Shown here piece after piece: positions 1-11,302 of a stretch of DNA of 64,000 nt. A program made the position numbers and the translations under genes. The notes under the pieces are model-generated. The model worked only from the letters and a program-made list of their open reading frames with translations. It ran no database searches and was not told the DNA's origin. The stretch is taken from assembly GCA_964427005.1 (NCBI GenBank), contig CAYRTL010000007.1, forward strand, positions 23,202 to 87,201. The letters run 5' to 3'. Source of the stretch: an uncultured Acetobacteraceae bacterium (GTDB taxonomy: Bacteria > Pseudomonadota > Alphaproteobacteria > Acetobacterales > Acetobacteraceae). Every line of letters starts with the position of its first letter. Position 1 is the first letter of the stretch.

Positions 1-866
1 CAGCTTGCCTCCTCGAGTTTGCCGTTGCGTCGCACCCAAGGGCGATCCAGCCTGCGCCGGCGCAGCCCGTCGAGGGCGAAGCGCGACTTGTCGCCCAGCC
101 ACTCCTCGTTCACGTCCTCATTCAGCCGCGGCAGGATGCGCAGCACTTCGGGGCCACGCGCATCGATGCGAATGTTGGTTCCAACGGCGTCCAGCACGTC
201 GATGCTGTCGACCTTCGACAGTTCCCACGGCCGCGCGATGAAGGCATAGGGCTTCGACGTCAGTGCGCCGACAGGACACAAGTCGATGATATTGCCGGAC
301 AGTTCGGAGCCCAGCGCTTTCTCGACGTAGGTGCCGACTTCCATGTGCTCGCCACGCGACGTGGCGCCGAGTTCCGGCACGCCCGCGACCTCAGTAATGA
401 AACGAATGCAACGCGTGCAGTGGATGCAGCGCGTCATCACCGTCTTCACCAGCGGGCCGAGATTCTTGTCTTTCACCGCCCGCTTGTTCTCGGCATAGCG
501 AGAGTGGTCCATGCCGTAGCCCATCGCCTGATCCTGCAGGTCGCACTCGCCGCCCTGATCGCAGATCGGACAGTCAAGCGGATGGTTGATCAGCAGGAAC
601 TCCATCACACCGCGGCGCCCGTTGCGCACCATCGGCGTGTCGGTGTGTACCACCATGCCGTCGGCAACAGGATAGGTGCAGGATGATATCGGCTTGGGCG
701 GCGCCTTCTCGATCTCCACCAGGCACATGCGACAGTTGCCGGCGACGGAGAGGCGTTCGTGATAGCAGAAGCGGGGGATCTCCTTGCCGGCGGCCTCACA
801 GGCCTGCAGCACGGAGGAGCCGTTAGGGACTTCAACCTCGATGCCGTCGACGGTGACCTTGGCCAT
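1..866 (-). CDS. nuoG: NADH-quinone oxidoreductase subunit G, N-terminal part (gene continues past the left window edge)
   Basis: Absent from the ORF track because there is no stop in the window. My own reverse-strand translation from ATG (866-864) gives [59 protein letters not shown]...[17 protein letters not shown]...[10 protein letters not shown]...CPVGALT. These are the 2Fe-2S and 4Fe-4S cysteine motifs of NuoG. Follows nuoF in canonical order. Confidence 0.9.
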   Translation of the reverse strand, partial: MAKVTVDGIEVEVPNGSSVLQACEAAGKEIPRFCYHERLSVAGNCRMCLVEIEKAPPKPISSCTYPVADGMVVHTDTPMVRNGRRGVMEFLLINHPLDCPICDQGGECDLQDQAMGYGMDHSRYAENKRAVKDKNLGPLVKTVMTRCIHCTRCIRFITEVAGVPELGATSRGEHMEVGTYVEKALGSELSGNIIDLCPVGALTSKPYAFIARPWELSKVDSIDVLDAVGTNIRIDARGPEVLRILPRLNEDVNEEWLGDKSRFALDGLRRRRLDRPWVRRNGKLEEAS

Positions 867-882
867 TATGCGCTCCGTCCCA

Positions 883-988
883 CTGTCATTGCGAGGAGTG
901 TAGCGACGAAGCAATCCCCATCACGCAGCCGCAGGCTCGATCGCGCGCCAACACGATGGAGATTGCTTCGCTGCGCTCGCAATGACAG
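883..988. repeat. REP-like imperfect palindromic intergenic element between nuoF and nuoG
   Basis: Left arm ctgtcattgcgaggagtgtagcgacgaagcaatc (883-916) pairs with the reverse complement of the right arm gattgcttcgctgcgctcgcaatgacag (961-988), with a spacer of about 44 nt. Confidence 0.6.
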
Positions 989-993
989 GTGAA

Positions 994-2283
994 TCATTCT
1001 GCGGCCATCCGCATGCCACGTGCCTTGTAGGCCGCGATACGCTCTTCCATGACCGGACGGAAGTGCCGGATCAGCCCCTGGATTGGCCACGCCGCCGCAT
1101 CCCCCAGCGCGCAGATCGTATGTCCCTCGATCTGCCGGGTGACCTGTTCGAGCGTGTCGATCTCGGGAACCTCGGCCCTGCCCTCCACCATGCGATTCAT
1201 CACGCGCCACATCCAGCCGGTGCCTTCGCGGCATGGGGTGCACTGACCGCAGCTCTCATGCATGTAGAACTTCGACAGCCGCGCAATCGCCTTGATGATG
1301 TCGGTGGACTTGTCCATCACGATCACCGCCGCGGTTCCCAATCCGCTCTTCACCTCGCGCAGCGAGTCGAAATCCATCAGCACATCGTCGCAGATGCTCT
1401 TCGGAATTACCGGCACCGACGCGCCGCCGGGGATGACTGCCAGCAAATTGTCCCAGCCGCCGCGCACGCCGCCCGCGTATTTGTCGATCAGCTCGCGCAG
1501 GGGAATGCCGAGTTCCTCCTCGACATTGCACGGCTTGTTCACGTGACCGGAGATGCAGAACACTTTCGGTCCCGAGTTCTTCGGCCGCCCCAGCGAATTG
1601 AACCACGCCGCACCACGCCGCATGATCGTCGGCGCCACAGCGATGCTTTCGACGTTGTTCACGGTGGAAGGGCAGCCATACAGCCCAACGGCGGCGGGGA
1701 ATGGCGGCTTTAGCCGAGGCAGGCCCTTCTTGCCTTCCAGGCTTTCGAGCAGTCCCGTTTCCTCACCGCAGATATACGCGCCGGCGCCGCGATGCAGGAA
1801 CACGTCGAAATCATAGCCTGATCCGCACGCGTTCTTGCCGATGAGACCCGCCTCATACGCCTCGTCGATCGCCGCCTGCAGAACCTTCGCCTCGTTGGCG
1901 AATTCGCCGCGAATGTAGATGTACGCAGCGCCAGCGCCCATGGCGAAGCCGGCGATCAGGCAGCCTTCGATCAGCTTGTGCGGATCGTGGCGCATGATGT
2001 CACGGTCCTTGCACGTGCCCGGCTCGCTCTCATCCGCATTCACGATCAGATAGCAGGGACGATCCGACTGCTTCGGCATGAACGACCATTTCAGGCCGGT
2101 GGGGAAGCCCGCGCCGCCGCGGCCACGCAGCCCCGACGCCTTCACCTCCTCCACAATCGCGTCGCGTCCCTTCTCCAGAATGGCTTTCGTGCCATCCCAG
2201 TCGCCGCGTTTAAGCGCGCCCTGCAAGAACGGATCGTACAGTCCGTAGAGGTTGGTGAAGATGCGGTCCTTGTCCTGCAACAT
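994..2283 (-). CDS. nuoF: NADH-quinone oxidoreductase subunit F
   Basis: Track ORF 994..2301. [14 protein letters not shown]... is the typical NuoF N-terminus, with ATG at 2283 four nt after the nuoE stop. Has [10 protein letters not shown] (NADH/FMN site) and the [10 protein letters not shown] 4Fe-4S motif. An alternative GTG start lies at 2301. Confidence 0.95.
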   Translation of the reverse strand: MLQDKDRIFTNLYGLYDPFLQGALKRGDWDGTKAILEKGRDAIVEEVKASGLRGRGGAGFPTGLKWSFMPKQSDRPCYLIVNADESEPGTCKDRDIMRHDPHKLIEGCLIAGFAMGAGAAYIYIRGEFANEAKVLQAAIDEAYEAGLIGKNACGSGYDFDVFLHRGAGAYICGEETGLLESLEGKKGLPRLKPPFPAAVGLYGCPSTVNNVESIAVAPTIMRRGAAWFNSLGRPKNSGPKVFCISGHVNKPCNVEEELGIPLRELIDKYAGGVRGGWDNLLAVIPGGASVPVIPKSICDDVLMDFDSLREVKSGLGTAAVIVMDKSTDIIKAIARLSKFYMHESCGQCTPCREGTGWMWRVMNRMVEGRAEVPEIDTLEQVTRQIEGHTICALGDAAAWPIQGLIRHFRPVMEERIAAYKARGMRMAAE

Positions 2284-2287
2284 CGGA

Positions 2288-2944
2288 TCAGCTCTCCGCA
2301 CCGAAATTCAATGTCGTCAGCGTGGTCGGACCACCCTCGGGCGCGGACGTCTGTCGTCCCTTCATCGATCCCGGCGGTGGCGGCTCGCCGCGGCGCAGAG
2401 CTTCGAGCAACTGAGTGGTGCTTTCCGCATCGAGATCTTCATAGAAGTCGTCGTTCACCTGAATGATCGGCGCGTTCACACAGCCGCCAACGCATTCGAC
2501 CTCGGTCATGGTGAACATGCCATCGGCGCTGGTCTCGCCCCAACCGTCGATGCCGGTTAGCGCGCGGCACGCCGCCACCACTTCGTCGGATCCGCGAAGC
2601 CAGCACGGCGTGGTGGTGCAGACCTGCAAATGATATTTGCCGATCGGCCGAAGGTTGAACATGAAATAGAAGGTAGCGACCTCATAGACGCGTATTGGCG
2701 CCATATCGAGCCGCCTGGCTACCTCATCCATCCCAGCAGTTGGCACCCATGCGCTGCCGGTCTGCCGCCGCATCTGGTTCTGCACCAGATACAGCAGCGG
2801 TATTACGGCGCTCGCCTGCTTCCCCGGCGGATACTTCGCCAGTATCGGCGGAATTGCTGCCTCGCTTTCCGCATCGAAGCTAAAGCTCGCCGGCTGATAG
2901 GATTCCGGGAACGGCTCGGGATTGGTCTGCGTGCTCTCGGCCAT
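2288..2944 (-). CDS. nuoE: NADH-quinone oxidoreductase subunit E
   Basis: 218-aa ORF with the 2Fe-2S thioredoxin-like motifs ([11 protein letters not shown]...[10 protein letters not shown]). Sits between nuoD and nuoF. Confidence 0.95.
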   Translation of the reverse strand: MAESTQTNPEPFPESYQPASFSFDAESEAAIPPILAKYPPGKQASAVIPLLYLVQNQMRRQTGSAWVPTAGMDEVARRLDMAPIRVYEVATFYFMFNLRPIGKYHLQVCTTTPCWLRGSDEVVAACRALTGIDGWGETSADGMFTMTEVECVGGCVNAPIIQVNDDFYEDLDAESTTQLLEALRRGEPPPPGSMKGRQTSAPEGGPTTLTTLNFGAES

Positions 2945-2946
2945 TT

Positions 2947-4155
2947 CTATCTGTCAATCTCACCGAATACGATATCGAGCGATCCGATGATTGCCACCGC
3001 ATCCGCCAGCATGTGCCGCTTCGCCATGACATCTATTGCTTGCAGGAAGGCAAACCCGGTCGAACGTATCTTGCAGCGATACGGCCTGTTGGTTCCATCC
3101 GCAACCAGATAGACACCGAATTCGCCCTTCGGACTTTCAACGGCGGTGTAAGTCGCGCCAGGCGGTACGTGGTAGCCCTCGGTGTAAAGTTTGAAGTGAT
3201 GGATCAGCGCTTCCATCGAGCGCTTCATTTCCGATCGGCGTGGCGGTGTGAACTTGCGATCCTGCACCTTTACCGGCCCTGGCTGCATCTTGCTCAGTGC
3301 CTGGCGGATGATCTTGACGCTCTCGCGCATCTCCGCGAGCCGCACCAGGTAGCGGTCATAGCAATCGCCGTTGCGTCCGACAGGAACTTGGAAATCGACT
3401 TCGGCGTACTTGTCATAAGGCTGGGCGCGACGCAGGTCCCACGGCACGCCGCTGGCCCGCAGACATGGCCCGGTGAACCCCCATGCCAACGCCTGCTGCG
3501 CGTTCATCACGCCGATATCGACCGTACGCTGCTTCCAGATGCGATTGGCGGTCAGCAGCTCCTCAAGGTCGTCGATGAACTTCGGGAACCCTTCCGACCA
3601 CGCTGCAATTCGCTGCTCCAGCCCCGCGGGGAGATCTCGCGATACGCCGCCGGGCCGAAAATAGTTGGCATGAAGCCGCGCACCTGACGCAGCCTCATAG
3701 AACTCCATCAGCTTTTCGCGTTCTTCGAAGCCCCACAGGCTTGGTGTGATCGCGCCGACGTCCAGCGCGTATGTCGTCACATTGAGCAGGTGGTTGAGCA
3801 CGCGCGTGATTTCGGCGAACAGCACGCGAATCCACTGTGCACGCTCCGGCGCCTCGATGCTCAGCAGTTTTTCCGTCGCCAGTGCGAAGGCATGCTCCTC
3901 GCACATGGGCGAGACGTAATCCAGACGATCGAAATACGGCACCGCCTGCATATACGTCTTGTATTCGATCAGCTTCTCGGTGCCACGGTGCAGCAGGCCG
4001 ATATGCGGATCGGCTCGCTCCACCACCTCGCCATCCATTTCCAGGATCAGCCGCAGCACGCCATGCGCAGCCGGATGCTGCGGGCCGAAATTAATCGCAT
4101 GGCTGTCGATCTCGACGACTCTGCTGGCAGTGGGACGAGCTTCGATGTCACTCAT
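2947..4155 (-). CDS. nuoD: NADH-quinone oxidoreductase subunit D
   Basis: 402-aa [28 protein letters not shown] and the C-terminal DIVFGEIDR are hallmark 49-kDa subunit sequences. Confidence 0.97.
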   Translation of the reverse strand: MSDIEARPTASRVVEIDSHAINFGPQHPAAHGVLRLILEMDGEVVERADPHIGLLHRGTEKLIEYKTYMQAVPYFDRLDYVSPMCEEHAFALATEKLLSIEAPERAQWIRVLFAEITRVLNHLLNVTTYALDVGAITPSLWGFEEREKLMEFYEAASGARLHANYFRPGGVSRDLPAGLEQRIAAWSEGFPKFIDDLEELLTANRIWKQRTVDIGVMNAQQALAWGFTGPCLRASGVPWDLRRAQPYDKYAEVDFQVPVGRNGDCYDRYLVRLAEMRESVKIIRQALSKMQPGPVKVQDRKFTPPRRSEMKRSMEALIHHFKLYTEGYHVPPGATYTAVESPKGEFGVYLVADGTNRPYRCKIRSTGFAFLQAIDVMAKRHMLADAVAIIGSLDIVFGEIDR

Positions 4156-4763
4156 CGCTTCGACCCTTCTTCTTCCGCGCGCACCGTGTGTACCTTCTCA
4201 TCGCCCGGCAGCGTGGTCAGCGCTTCCCACGGCGAGAGGAAATCGAAGTGCCGCCAATCCTGCGTCAGCCGGACCGGCTCGTACACCACCGCCTTGCGGT
4301 CCTCATCGTAACGGACCTCGACATAACCGGTCAGAGGGAAGTCCTTGCGCAGCGGATGACCCTCGAAGCCGTAATCCGTCAGGATGCGTCGCAGATCGGG
4401 TTGGCCGGAGAACACGATGCCGAACAGGTCCCAGGCCTCGCGTTCCCACCAGGTTGCCACCGGCCAAACGGTATGCACCGACGGCACGGGCGTATTCTCA
4501 TCGGTCGTGATGATGACGCGCAGCCGCTGGTTCAGCGAGACTGACAGCAGGTTATAGACGACATCGAAGCGCTGGGTGCGTTCCGGCCAATCGACGCCGC
4601 AGATGTCCATCACCTGCTCGAACGCCAAGCGCGGATCATCACGGAGCGTAAACATCAGCGACAGCAACGAATCGCGCTCAGCATGCGCCACGACTTCGCC
4701 CTTCTCCACGAAGGTGGAGCGAACGCCTGGCAGTGTGGCTACGGTTTCGGCGAGATCAGCCAC
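4152..4763 (-). CDS. nuoC: NADH-quinone oxidoreductase subunit C
   Basis: Track ORF 4152..4919 over-extends into nuoB. A GTG at 4763-4761 overlaps the nuoB stop (GTGGCTGA) and gives [14 protein letters not shown]..., about 203 aa, which is normal NuoC length. Confidence 0.9.
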   Translation of the reverse strand: MADLAETVATLPGVRSTFVEKGEVVAHAERDSLLSLMFTLRDDPRLAFEQVMDICGVDWPERTQRFDVVYNLLSVSLNQRLRVIITTDENTPVPSVHTVWPVATWWEREAWDLFGIVFSGQPDLRRILTDYGFEGHPLRKDFPLTGYVEVRYDEDRKAVVYEPVRLTQDWRHFDFLSPWEALTTLPGDEKVHTVRAEEEGSKR

Positions 4764-5310
4764 GGAGGATCGTCCCCGTGCGCCGGATCTTCTTTTGCAA
4801 CTGCATGATGCCGTACACCAGCGCCTCGGCTGTCGGTGGACAGCCAGGTACATAGACGTCCACCGGTACAATGCGATCACAGCCACGCACGACGGAATAG
4901 GAGTAATGATAGTAGCCACCGCCGTTGGCGCAGCTTCCCATGCTGATCACCCAGCGCGGCTCCGGCATCTGGTCGTAAACCTTGCGCAGCGCCGGCGCCA
5001 TCTTGTTGGTCAGCGTGCCTGCGACGATCATCACGTCGCTTTGCCGCGGCGAAGCGCGGGGGATGGTACCGAAGCGATCGAGATCGTAGCGCGGCATGTA
5101 GGCGTGGATCATCTCCACTGCGCAGCAGGCAAGCCCGAATGTCATCGGCCACAGCGAACCGGTGCGCGCCCAGTTCACCACTTTGTCGATATTGGCGACG
5201 ATGAAGCCCTTATCGGCGATTTCGCCGGTGATGCCTTTGACGACCGCGTCCTGCTCCGGCCCTGGCGGCAACGTGTCACGGTTCCAGGCGATGGCTGTGC
5301 TTCCGCTCAT
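4756..5310 (-). CDS. nuoB: NADH-quinone oxidoreductase subunit B
   Basis: 184-aa ORF with [16 protein letters not shown] and GCPP motifs (N2 cluster ligands). Confidence 0.95.
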   Translation of the reverse strand: MSGSTAIAWNRDTLPPGPEQDAVVKGITGEIADKGFIVANIDKVVNWARTGSLWPMTFGLACCAVEMIHAYMPRYDLDRFGTIPRASPRQSDVMIVAGTLTNKMAPALRKVYDQMPEPRWVISMGSCANGGGYYHYSYSVVRGCDRIVPVDVYVPGCPPTAEALVYGIMQLQKKIRRTGTILRG

Positions 5311-5314
5311 GGTG

Positions 5315-5680
5315 CTACTCCCAATCCAACGCTCCCTTGCACCACTCGTAGATGAATCCCACGGTCAGCACGGCGAGGAAGCCCATCATCGACAGGAAAC
5401 CAAACCAGCCGATGTCCTTCAGCGATACTGCCCAGGGAAATAGGAACGCGACTTCCAGATCGAAAATGATGAAAAGAATTGCCACGAGATAGAAACGCAC
5501 ATCGAAGCGGCGCCGTGCATCGTCGAACGGCTCGAAGCCACATTCGTAGGGGGAAACCTTCTCCGGATAGGGTTTCTGGCGAGCGGCAAGCAGCGAACCG
5601 CCGACCATTGCGATCGCGATTCCGCCGGCGATCACCATGAACACCAGGATGGGGAAGTATCCGTAGAGCACTGGCTGCAT
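5315..5680 (-). CDS. nuoA: NADH-quinone oxidoreductase subunit A
   Basis: 121-aa three-TM protein with PYECGF...[18 protein letters not shown], the NuoA signature. First gene of the operon. Confidence 0.93.
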   Translation of the reverse strand: MQPVLYGYFPILVFMVIAGGIAIAMVGGSLLAARQKPYPEKVSPYECGFEPFDDARRRFDVRFYLVAILFIIFDLEVAFLFPWAVSLKDIGWFGFLSMMGFLAVLTVGFIYEWCKGALDWE

Positions 5681-5822
5681 GTCAGGTCCGATCGAACAGG
5701 CGGATGCCGCGCATCACGCGGCAGGCCGCAGCCTTTAAGGCTGTGCCAAACCAGCCACCCCGATGCGAGACGCGGCGGACATTAGCCCCAACCGCTGCGC
5801 GCCGCTAGGGCACCGCATGATC

Positions 5823-5899
<77 letters not shown>

Positions 5900-5947
5900 A
5901 TGGAAGGCGGCCGTTTAGGCTGCCGGGATGGTGGCGTCAAGGACGCC

Positions 5948-6022
5948 TGGTGGGCGGTGACGGATTCGAACCGCCGACCCTCTCGGTGTAAACGAGACGC
6001 TCTACCGCTGAGCTAACCGCCC
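5948..6022 (-). tRNA. tRNA-Val (anticodon TAC)
   Basis: Reverse complement is gggcggttagctcagcggtagagcgtctcgtttacaccgagagggtcggcggttcgaatccgtcaccgcccacca. Acceptor GGGCGGT/ACCGCCC, anticodon stem tctcg/cgaga, loop ttTACac. Confidence 0.9.
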
Positions 6023-6026
6023 GAGA

Positions 6027-6099
6027 GTGGTCAGCGGTCAGTTGTCAGTGGATCAGTCAGCAATCCGCTGACCACTGACTACTGGCCACTGATCACTGA
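6027..6099. repeat. Heptad-based palindromic element (GYGGTCA units facing TGACCRC units)
   Basis: gtggtca gcggtca gttgtca gtggatca gtcag (6027-6060), loop caatccg, then ctgacca ctgacta ctggcca ctgatca ctga (6068-6099). Abuts and overlaps the hup stop codon (6093-6095). A sister copy lies at 27307-27380. Confidence 0.7.
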
Positions 6100-6365
6100 A
6101 CCGCGTCCTTCAGTCCCTTTCCTGCCTTGAAACGCACGGTGGTTGACGCCGGAATCGTCATTTCTTCGCCGGTGCGCGGATTGCGCCCTGTACCGGCCTT
6201 GCGTTCAGCCGTCTGGAACGTGCCAAAGCCAACCAGGCGCACTTCCTCCTTGTTCTTCAATGCGCTCTCAATCGCGCCGAACACCGCATCGACCACTTCC
6301 GATGCCTTCGTGCGAGGCAAGTCGGTCTGGTCGGCGACAGCCGCGATGAGATCCATTTTGTTCAC
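6093..6365 (-). CDS. hup: DNA-binding protein HU
   Basis: The track ORF is over-extended. GTG at 6365 (RBS gagagg 9 nt upstream) gives (M)NKMDLIAAVADQTDLPRTKASEVVDAVFGAIESALKNKEEVRLVGFGTF...RNPRTGEEMTIPA, the classic HU/IHF fold at about 90 aa. Confidence 0.9.
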   Translation of the reverse strand: MNKMDLIAAVADQTDLPRTKASEVVDAVFGAIESALKNKEEVRLVGFGTFQTAERKAGTGRNPRTGEEMTIPASTTVRFKAGKGLKDAVQ

Positions 6366-6514
6366 TGGCGCAATCCTCTCGATCCGGTGAGTGGGTGATG
6401 CCGGCGCGAACGGCCGGTCAGAGCGGGCGACACTAAACGGCGCGATGTCTGCCTCGTCAATGACAGCAGAAAGGCTCGCTGGCGTTAACCAGCGAGCCTT
6501 TCGCTGCACTTGCT

Positions 6515-8965
6515 TCAGTGTGGCAAAGATGCCGTAGGCTGCTCCGCAGGAGGCGGGGTGACCGGCTCCGGCGGTTCCTCCCACTCGATCGGCACAGGCT
6601 TCGTGACGAGTGCCTGCGCGATCACCTCATCCACATCAGCCACCGGCACCAACTTCAGGTTCTTCTTCACGTTGTCCGGAATCTCAGCAAGGTCCTTCTC
6701 ATTCTCCTTCGGAATGAAGACCGTGGTGATCCCGGCACGCAAAGCCGCCAGCAGCTTCTCCTTCAGCCCGCCTATCGGCAGCACACGGCCGCGCAACGTG
6801 ATCTCGCCGGTCATGGCGACGTCGCGCCGCACTGGAATGCCGGTCAGTACCGACACGATCGATGTCGCCATGGCCACACCAGCGGACGGTCCGTCCTTCG
6901 GCGTCGCACCCTCGGGCACGTGCACGTGGATGTCGCGCTTCTCGAACAGCGTCGGCTTGATGCCGAACTTCGTCGAGCGCGACCGCACGTAGCTGAGTGC
7001 GGCGGAGACGCTTTCCTGCATCACGTCGCCCAGCTTGCCCGTCTGCTTCACGTTACCCTTGCCGGGCAGCATGACGCTTTCAATCGTCAGGATCTCACCG
7101 CCGACCTCGGTCCAGGCCAGGCCGGTGACGACACCAACCATGTCCTCGGCCTCGGTTTCGCCGAAGCGGAACTTCCGAACGCCCGAGTATTTTTCGAGGT
7201 TCTTCCGCGTGATCATCACCTTCTTGGTCTTCTTGGTGACGATTTCCTTCACCGCCTTGCGGGCAAGATTGGCGATCTCGCGCTCCATGTTCCGCACGCC
7301 CGCTTCGCGGGTGTAGTAGCGGATCAGGTCGCGCAGCGCGTCATCCGAGATGTGCCACTCATCGGCCTTCAGGCCATGCGCTTCAGACTGCTTGCCGATC
7401 AGGTGACGCTTGGCGATCTCCACCTTCTCATCCTCGGTGTAACCCGGGATGCGGATGATCTCCATGCGGTCCATCAGTGGCTGCGGCATGCGCAGGCTGT
7501 TCGCCGTGGTGACGAACATCACGTCCGACAGATCGTAATCCACCTCCAGGTAGTGGTCGTTGAAGGTGGAGTTCTGCTCCGGATCCAGCACCTCCAGCAG
7601 TGCCGAAGAAGGATCGCCGCGCCAGTCGGCGCCGAGTTTGTCGACCTCATCCAGCAGGAACAGCGGGTTGGAGGTCTTCGCCTTCTTCATGCCCTGGATC
7701 ACCTTGCCGGGCATCGACCCAATGTAGGTGCGCCGGTGACCGCGGATTTCCGCCTCATCACGCACGCCACCAAGCGACATGCGCACGAAGTTGCGGCCCG
7801 TGGCCTTCGCCACCGACTTGCCAAGCGAGGTCTTGCCGACGCCGGGCGGCCCGACCAGGCAGAGGATCGGCCCGCGCACCTTCGGTGACCGCGCCTGAAC
7901 GGCGAGGTACTCGATGATGCGTTCCTTCACCTTCTCCAGCCCGTAGTGATCGGCCTCCAGCACCTTCTCAGCCGCGTTCACATCGTTGCGGATCTTGCTG
8001 CGTTTCTTCCAGGGGATCGACAGCATCCAGTCGAGGTAGTTGCGCACTACCGTCGCTTCGGCGCTCATCGGGCTCATGGTCTTGAGCTTCTTCAGCTCCT
8101 GCATGGCCTTTTCGCGCGCTTCCTTGGAAAGCCGCGTCTTCTTGATGCGCGCCTCGAGTTCGGCGTTCTCGTCCTTGCCGTCCTCGCCTTCGCCCAACTC
8201 CTTCTGGATCGCCTTGAGCTGCTCGTTCAGGTAGTACTCGCGCTGCGTCTTCTCCATCTGCCGTTTGACCCGGTTGCGGATCCGCTTCTCCACCTGCAGC
8301 ACGCCGATTTCGGACTCCATGTGCCCGAACACCCGCTCCAGACGCTCGCCGATCTTGGCGGTCTCCAGCAGTTCCTGCTTCTCGGGGATCTTCAGATTGA
8401 GATGGCTCGCCACCGTATCGGCGAGCTTCGAGGGCTCCTCGATCTGGTTCAGCGAGACCAGGACCTCAGGCGCGATCTTCTTGTTGAGCTTGATGTACTG
8501 CTCGAACTGAGAGACGACGGTGCGTCCCAGAGCCTCCAGCTCCTTCGCGTCCGCGCCCTGATCGGGCATCGCCTCGACGAACGCCTCGAAATAGGCATCC
8601 GTGTCATTGAAGCCGACGATTCTCGCGCGCCGGCCGCCTTCGACCAGCACCTTCACCGTGCCATCAGGCAGCTTCAGAAGCTGCAAAATCGTCGAAACAG
8701 TTCCAACGCGGTAAATATCGTCCGTTGAGGGATCGTCCTGCGCCGCGTTCTTCTGAGCGACAAGCAAGATCTGCTTGTCGTCCTTCATTACCGCCTCCAG
8801 CGCGCGGACGGACTTCTCCCGGCCAACGAACAGCGGCACGATCATGTGGGGGAAGACGACGATATCGCGTAGCGGCAGCACTGCCAGCAAATCGCCCTGC
8901 GCGGGCACAGGCAGCTTTTCCTCCGGGCGTCCCTGCGGTTCCGCAGGCCGATCGGATTCATCCAT
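6515..8965 (-). CDS. lon: ATP-dependent Lon protease
   Basis: 816 aa. Has the LON N-domain, Walker [10 protein letters not shown], and the protease site [14 protein letters not shown]. Confidence 0.97.
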   Translation of the reverse strand: MDESDRPAEPQGRPEEKLPVPAQGDLLAVLPLRDIVVFPHMIVPLFVGREKSVRALEAVMKDDKQILLVAQKNAAQDDPSTDDIYRVGTVSTILQLLKLPDGTVKVLVEGGRRARIVGFNDTDAYFEAFVEAMPDQGADAKELEALGRTVVSQFEQYIKLNKKIAPEVLVSLNQIEEPSKLADTVASHLNLKIPEKQELLETAKIGERLERVFGHMESEIGVLQVEKRIRNRVKRQMEKTQREYYLNEQLKAIQKELGEGEDGKDENAELEARIKKTRLSKEAREKAMQELKKLKTMSPMSAEATVVRNYLDWMLSIPWKKRSKIRNDVNAAEKVLEADHYGLEKVKERIIEYLAVQARSPKVRGPILCLVGPPGVGKTSLGKSVAKATGRNFVRMSLGGVRDEAEIRGHRRTYIGSMPGKVIQGMKKAKTSNPLFLLDEVDKLGADWRGDPSSALLEVLDPEQNSTFNDHYLEVDYDLSDVMFVTTANSLRMPQPLMDRMEIIRIPGYTEDEKVEIAKRHLIGKQSEAHGLKADEWHISDDALRDLIRYYTREAGVRNMEREIANLARKAVKEIVTKKTKKVMITRKNLEKYSGVRKFRFGETEAEDMVGVVTGLAWTEVGGEILTIESVMLPGKGNVKQTGKLGDVMQESVSAALSYVRSRSTKFGIKPTLFEKRDIHVHVPEGATPKDGPSAGVAMATSIVSVLTGIPVRRDVAMTGEITLRGRVLPIGGLKEKLLAALRAGITTVFIPKENEKDLAEIPDNVKKNLKLVPVADVDEVIAQALVTKPVPIEWEEPPEPVTPPPAEQPTASLPH

Positions 8966-9146
8966 GATTGACCTCCTTATGGACAGTCGACGCCGACTCC
9001 GCCCGACTTACTACGAGTTCTGCGGCACGGAAGGCGTCTGGTGGAAGACAGACCCACCAGTCAGCACCGCATATCGGCTGCCCGGGGAAGCAGCGCAAGG
9101 TCTTGAAAATTCTGGGTCGCAATTTCGCGAGGGGCTGTCCGCCTGC

Positions 9147-10400
9147 TCAGGCGGAACTCTCAGCCCGTTCCTTCCCGTAGAGGTATAGCGGGTTGGCTCG
9201 CGATTCGGCGACTTCGCGATTGATGACCACCTCCTCTACGCCGTCGAGACCAGGAAGATCGAACATGGTGCCCAACAGAATTGCCTCCATGATCGAGCGC
9301 AACCCACGGGCGCCGGTGCGGCGCGCGATCGCCCGTGTGGCCACTGAACGCAAAGCGTCGTCGGTAAAGGAGAGTTTCACCCCCTCCATCTCGAATAGCC
9401 TGCCGTATTGCTTGATCAGCGCGTTCTTCGGCTTGGTCAGGATCTCCATCAATGCGCCTTCATCGAGATCCTCCAGCGTGGCAACCACTGGCAGACGCCC
9501 GATGAACTCCGGGATCAGGCCGAACTTCAGCAGGTCTTCCGGCTCAACTTCCCTGAGTATCGCGCCCGTCCGCCGCTCATCGGGGGAGCGGACCTCCGCG
9601 CCGTAGCCAATGCCGGACCCCTTGCCCCGAGCCGCAATGATCTTCTCCAGGCCGGAGAAGGCACCGCCGCAAATAAACAGGATGTTGGTGGTATCGACCT
9701 GCAGGAACTCCTGCTGTGGGTGCTTACGGCCACCCTGGGGCGGCACCGAAGCGATGGTCCCTTCCATGATCTTGAGCAGCGCCTGCTGGACGCCCTCACC
9801 GCTCACATCCCGGGTAATGGACGGATTGTCCGACTTGCGGGAAATCTTGTCGACTTCGTCGATATAGACGATGCCCCGCTGCGCCCGTTCCACATTGTAG
9901 TCGGCCGACTGCAGCAGCTTCAGGATGATGTTCTCGACGTCCTCACCGACATAGCCCGCCTCGGTCAGGGTCGTTGCATCCGCCATGGTGAACGGCACGT
10001 CGAGGATGCGCGCCAGTGTCTGGGCCAGCAGCGTCTTGCCCGAGCCGGTGGGCCCCACAAGCAGGATGTTCGACTTGGCGATCTCGATGTCGTTGTTCTT
10101 CTGCCCGTGTGCCAGCCGCTTGTAATGGTTGTGGACTGCCACCGACAGTACGCGCTTCGCGTGGTCCTGACCGATGACGTAGTCGTCTAACACCTTGCAT
10201 ATTTCGCGCGGCGTCGGAACGCCGTCGCGGGACTTCACCAGATGGGTTTTGTGCTCCTCACGGATGATATCCATGCAGAGTTCGACGCACTCGTCGCAGA
10301 TGAATACGGTCGGGCCGGCAATAAGCTTGCGGACCTCGTGCTGGGACTTGCCGCAGAACGAGCAGTACAGTGTGTTCTTCGAATCGCCGGACTTGCTCAT
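9147..10400 (-). CDS. clpX: ATP-dependent Clp protease ATP-binding subunit ClpX
   Basis: 417 aa. Zinc finger [26 protein letters not shown], Walker A GPTGSGKT, pore loop GYVGED. Confidence 0.97.
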   Translation of the reverse strand: MSKSGDSKNTLYCSFCGKSQHEVRKLIAGPTVFICDECVELCMDIIREEHKTHLVKSRDGVPTPREICKVLDDYVIGQDHAKRVLSVAVHNHYKRLAHGQKNNDIEIAKSNILLVGPTGSGKTLLAQTLARILDVPFTMADATTLTEAGYVGEDVENIILKLLQSADYNVERAQRGIVYIDEVDKISRKSDNPSITRDVSGEGVQQALLKIMEGTIASVPPQGGRKHPQQEFLQVDTTNILFICGGAFSGLEKIIAARGKGSGIGYGAEVRSPDERRTGAILREVEPEDLLKFGLIPEFIGRLPVVATLEDLDEGALMEILTKPKNALIKQYGRLFEMEGVKLSFTDDALRSVATRAIARRTGARGLRSIMEAILLGTMFDLPGLDGVEEVVINREVAESRANPLYLYGKERAESSA

Positions 10401-10575
10401 GCGTACTCCTGCCCCGGACTCGCGGGGAGCCAGGGGACGACTTTACCCCCCGCAAGGCGCGAGGGACAAGAACCGTGGAAATCCCTCTCCCGCGAGGCGG
10501 AAGAGGGCCGGGGAAGTGTTAAATGTGACCCCCTCCCCGATCTCCCCCACTGCGGGAGAGAGGGTCTGACGAAGC

Positions 10576-11220
10576 TCAGCTCCGACCGCCAGCCTCTTCC
10601 GGAGTCGGACGGTTCTCCACCACCTCATCGACGAGACCAAAATCCCGGCTCTCTTCGGCGGACATATAGGTGTCGCGTTCCAGCTTGCGCTCGATCGCCT
10701 CGATCGGCTGACCAGTATGCCGCACGTAGATCTCGTTGAGCCGCTTGCGCAACGTCAGAATTTCGCGAGCCTGGATTTCGATGTCGGTCGCCTGCCCTTG
10801 GGCACCCCCTGAAGGCTGGTGAACCATGATCCGCGAGTTGGGCAAGGCGTAGCGCTTGCCCTTCGCCCCGGCGGTCAGCAGCAGGCTGCCCATGGAGGCG
10901 GCCTGGCCGATGCACACGGTGGATACCGGACTACGGATGTACTGCATCGTGTCGTAGATCGCGAGGCCGGCAGAGACCACGCCGCCCGGGCTGTTGATGT
11001 AGAAGGACACATCCTTGTTCGGATTTTCCGACTCCAGATACAGGAGCTGGGCGCAGATGAGCGCACTCACCTGGTCATAGACGGGGCCTGTCAGGAAAAT
11101 GATCCGCTCCTTCAGCAGGCGTGAATAGATGTCGAAGGCGCGCTCGCCCCGGGCGGTCTGTTCCACCACCATCGGCACAAGATTATTGGCGTAAACTTCA
11201 ACAGGATCGCGATCCCTCAT
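10576..11220 (-). CDS. clpP: ATP-dependent Clp protease proteolytic subunit ClpP
   Basis: Track ORF 10576..11235 starts at a TTG. ATG at 11220 gives [47 protein letters not shown], with catalytic GQAASMGS and MVHQP. Confidence 0.95.
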   Translation of the reverse strand: MRDRDPVEVYANNLVPMVVEQTARGERAFDIYSRLLKERIIFLTGPVYDQVSALICAQLLYLESENPNKDVSFYINSPGGVVSAGLAIYDTMQYIRSPVSTVCIGQAASMGSLLLTAGAKGKRYALPNSRIMVHQPSGGAQGQATDIEIQAREILTLRKRLNEIYVRHTGQPIEAIERKLERDTYMSAEESRDFGLVDEVVENRPTPEEAGGRS

Positions 11221-11302
11221 GGCGGGCACCTTCAAGTCGTAGGGAGCGTCTTAGATAAGTGGAACCTGACCGGACTCCAACCAGCGGAACGGCAGAGAAT
11301 GT

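Noticed and set aside
866-1243. 125-aa minus-strand ORF spanning the REP element and the nuoF 3' end
   Set aside because: It is out of frame with nuoF and starts inside the intergenic palindrome. It is a compositional artefact.
4764-4919. 52-codon N-terminal extension of the nuoC track ORF
   Set aside because: The extension overlaps nuoB in another frame and encodes implausible C/R/W-rich sequence. The GTG at 4763 coupled to the nuoB stop gives a normal-length NuoC.
6027-6099. Heptad repeat arrays (here and at 27307-27380) as possible CRISPR or minisatellite loci
   Set aside because: The units are only 7 nt, have no spacers, and are arranged as inverted arms. They fit a REP-like hairpin element, not a CRISPR array.
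6518-7888. 456-aa plus-strand ORF
   Set aside because: Lies entirely antisense to lon. The R/H/L/A-rich composition is typical of mirror-frame ORFs in high-GC DNA, and it has no recognisable motif.
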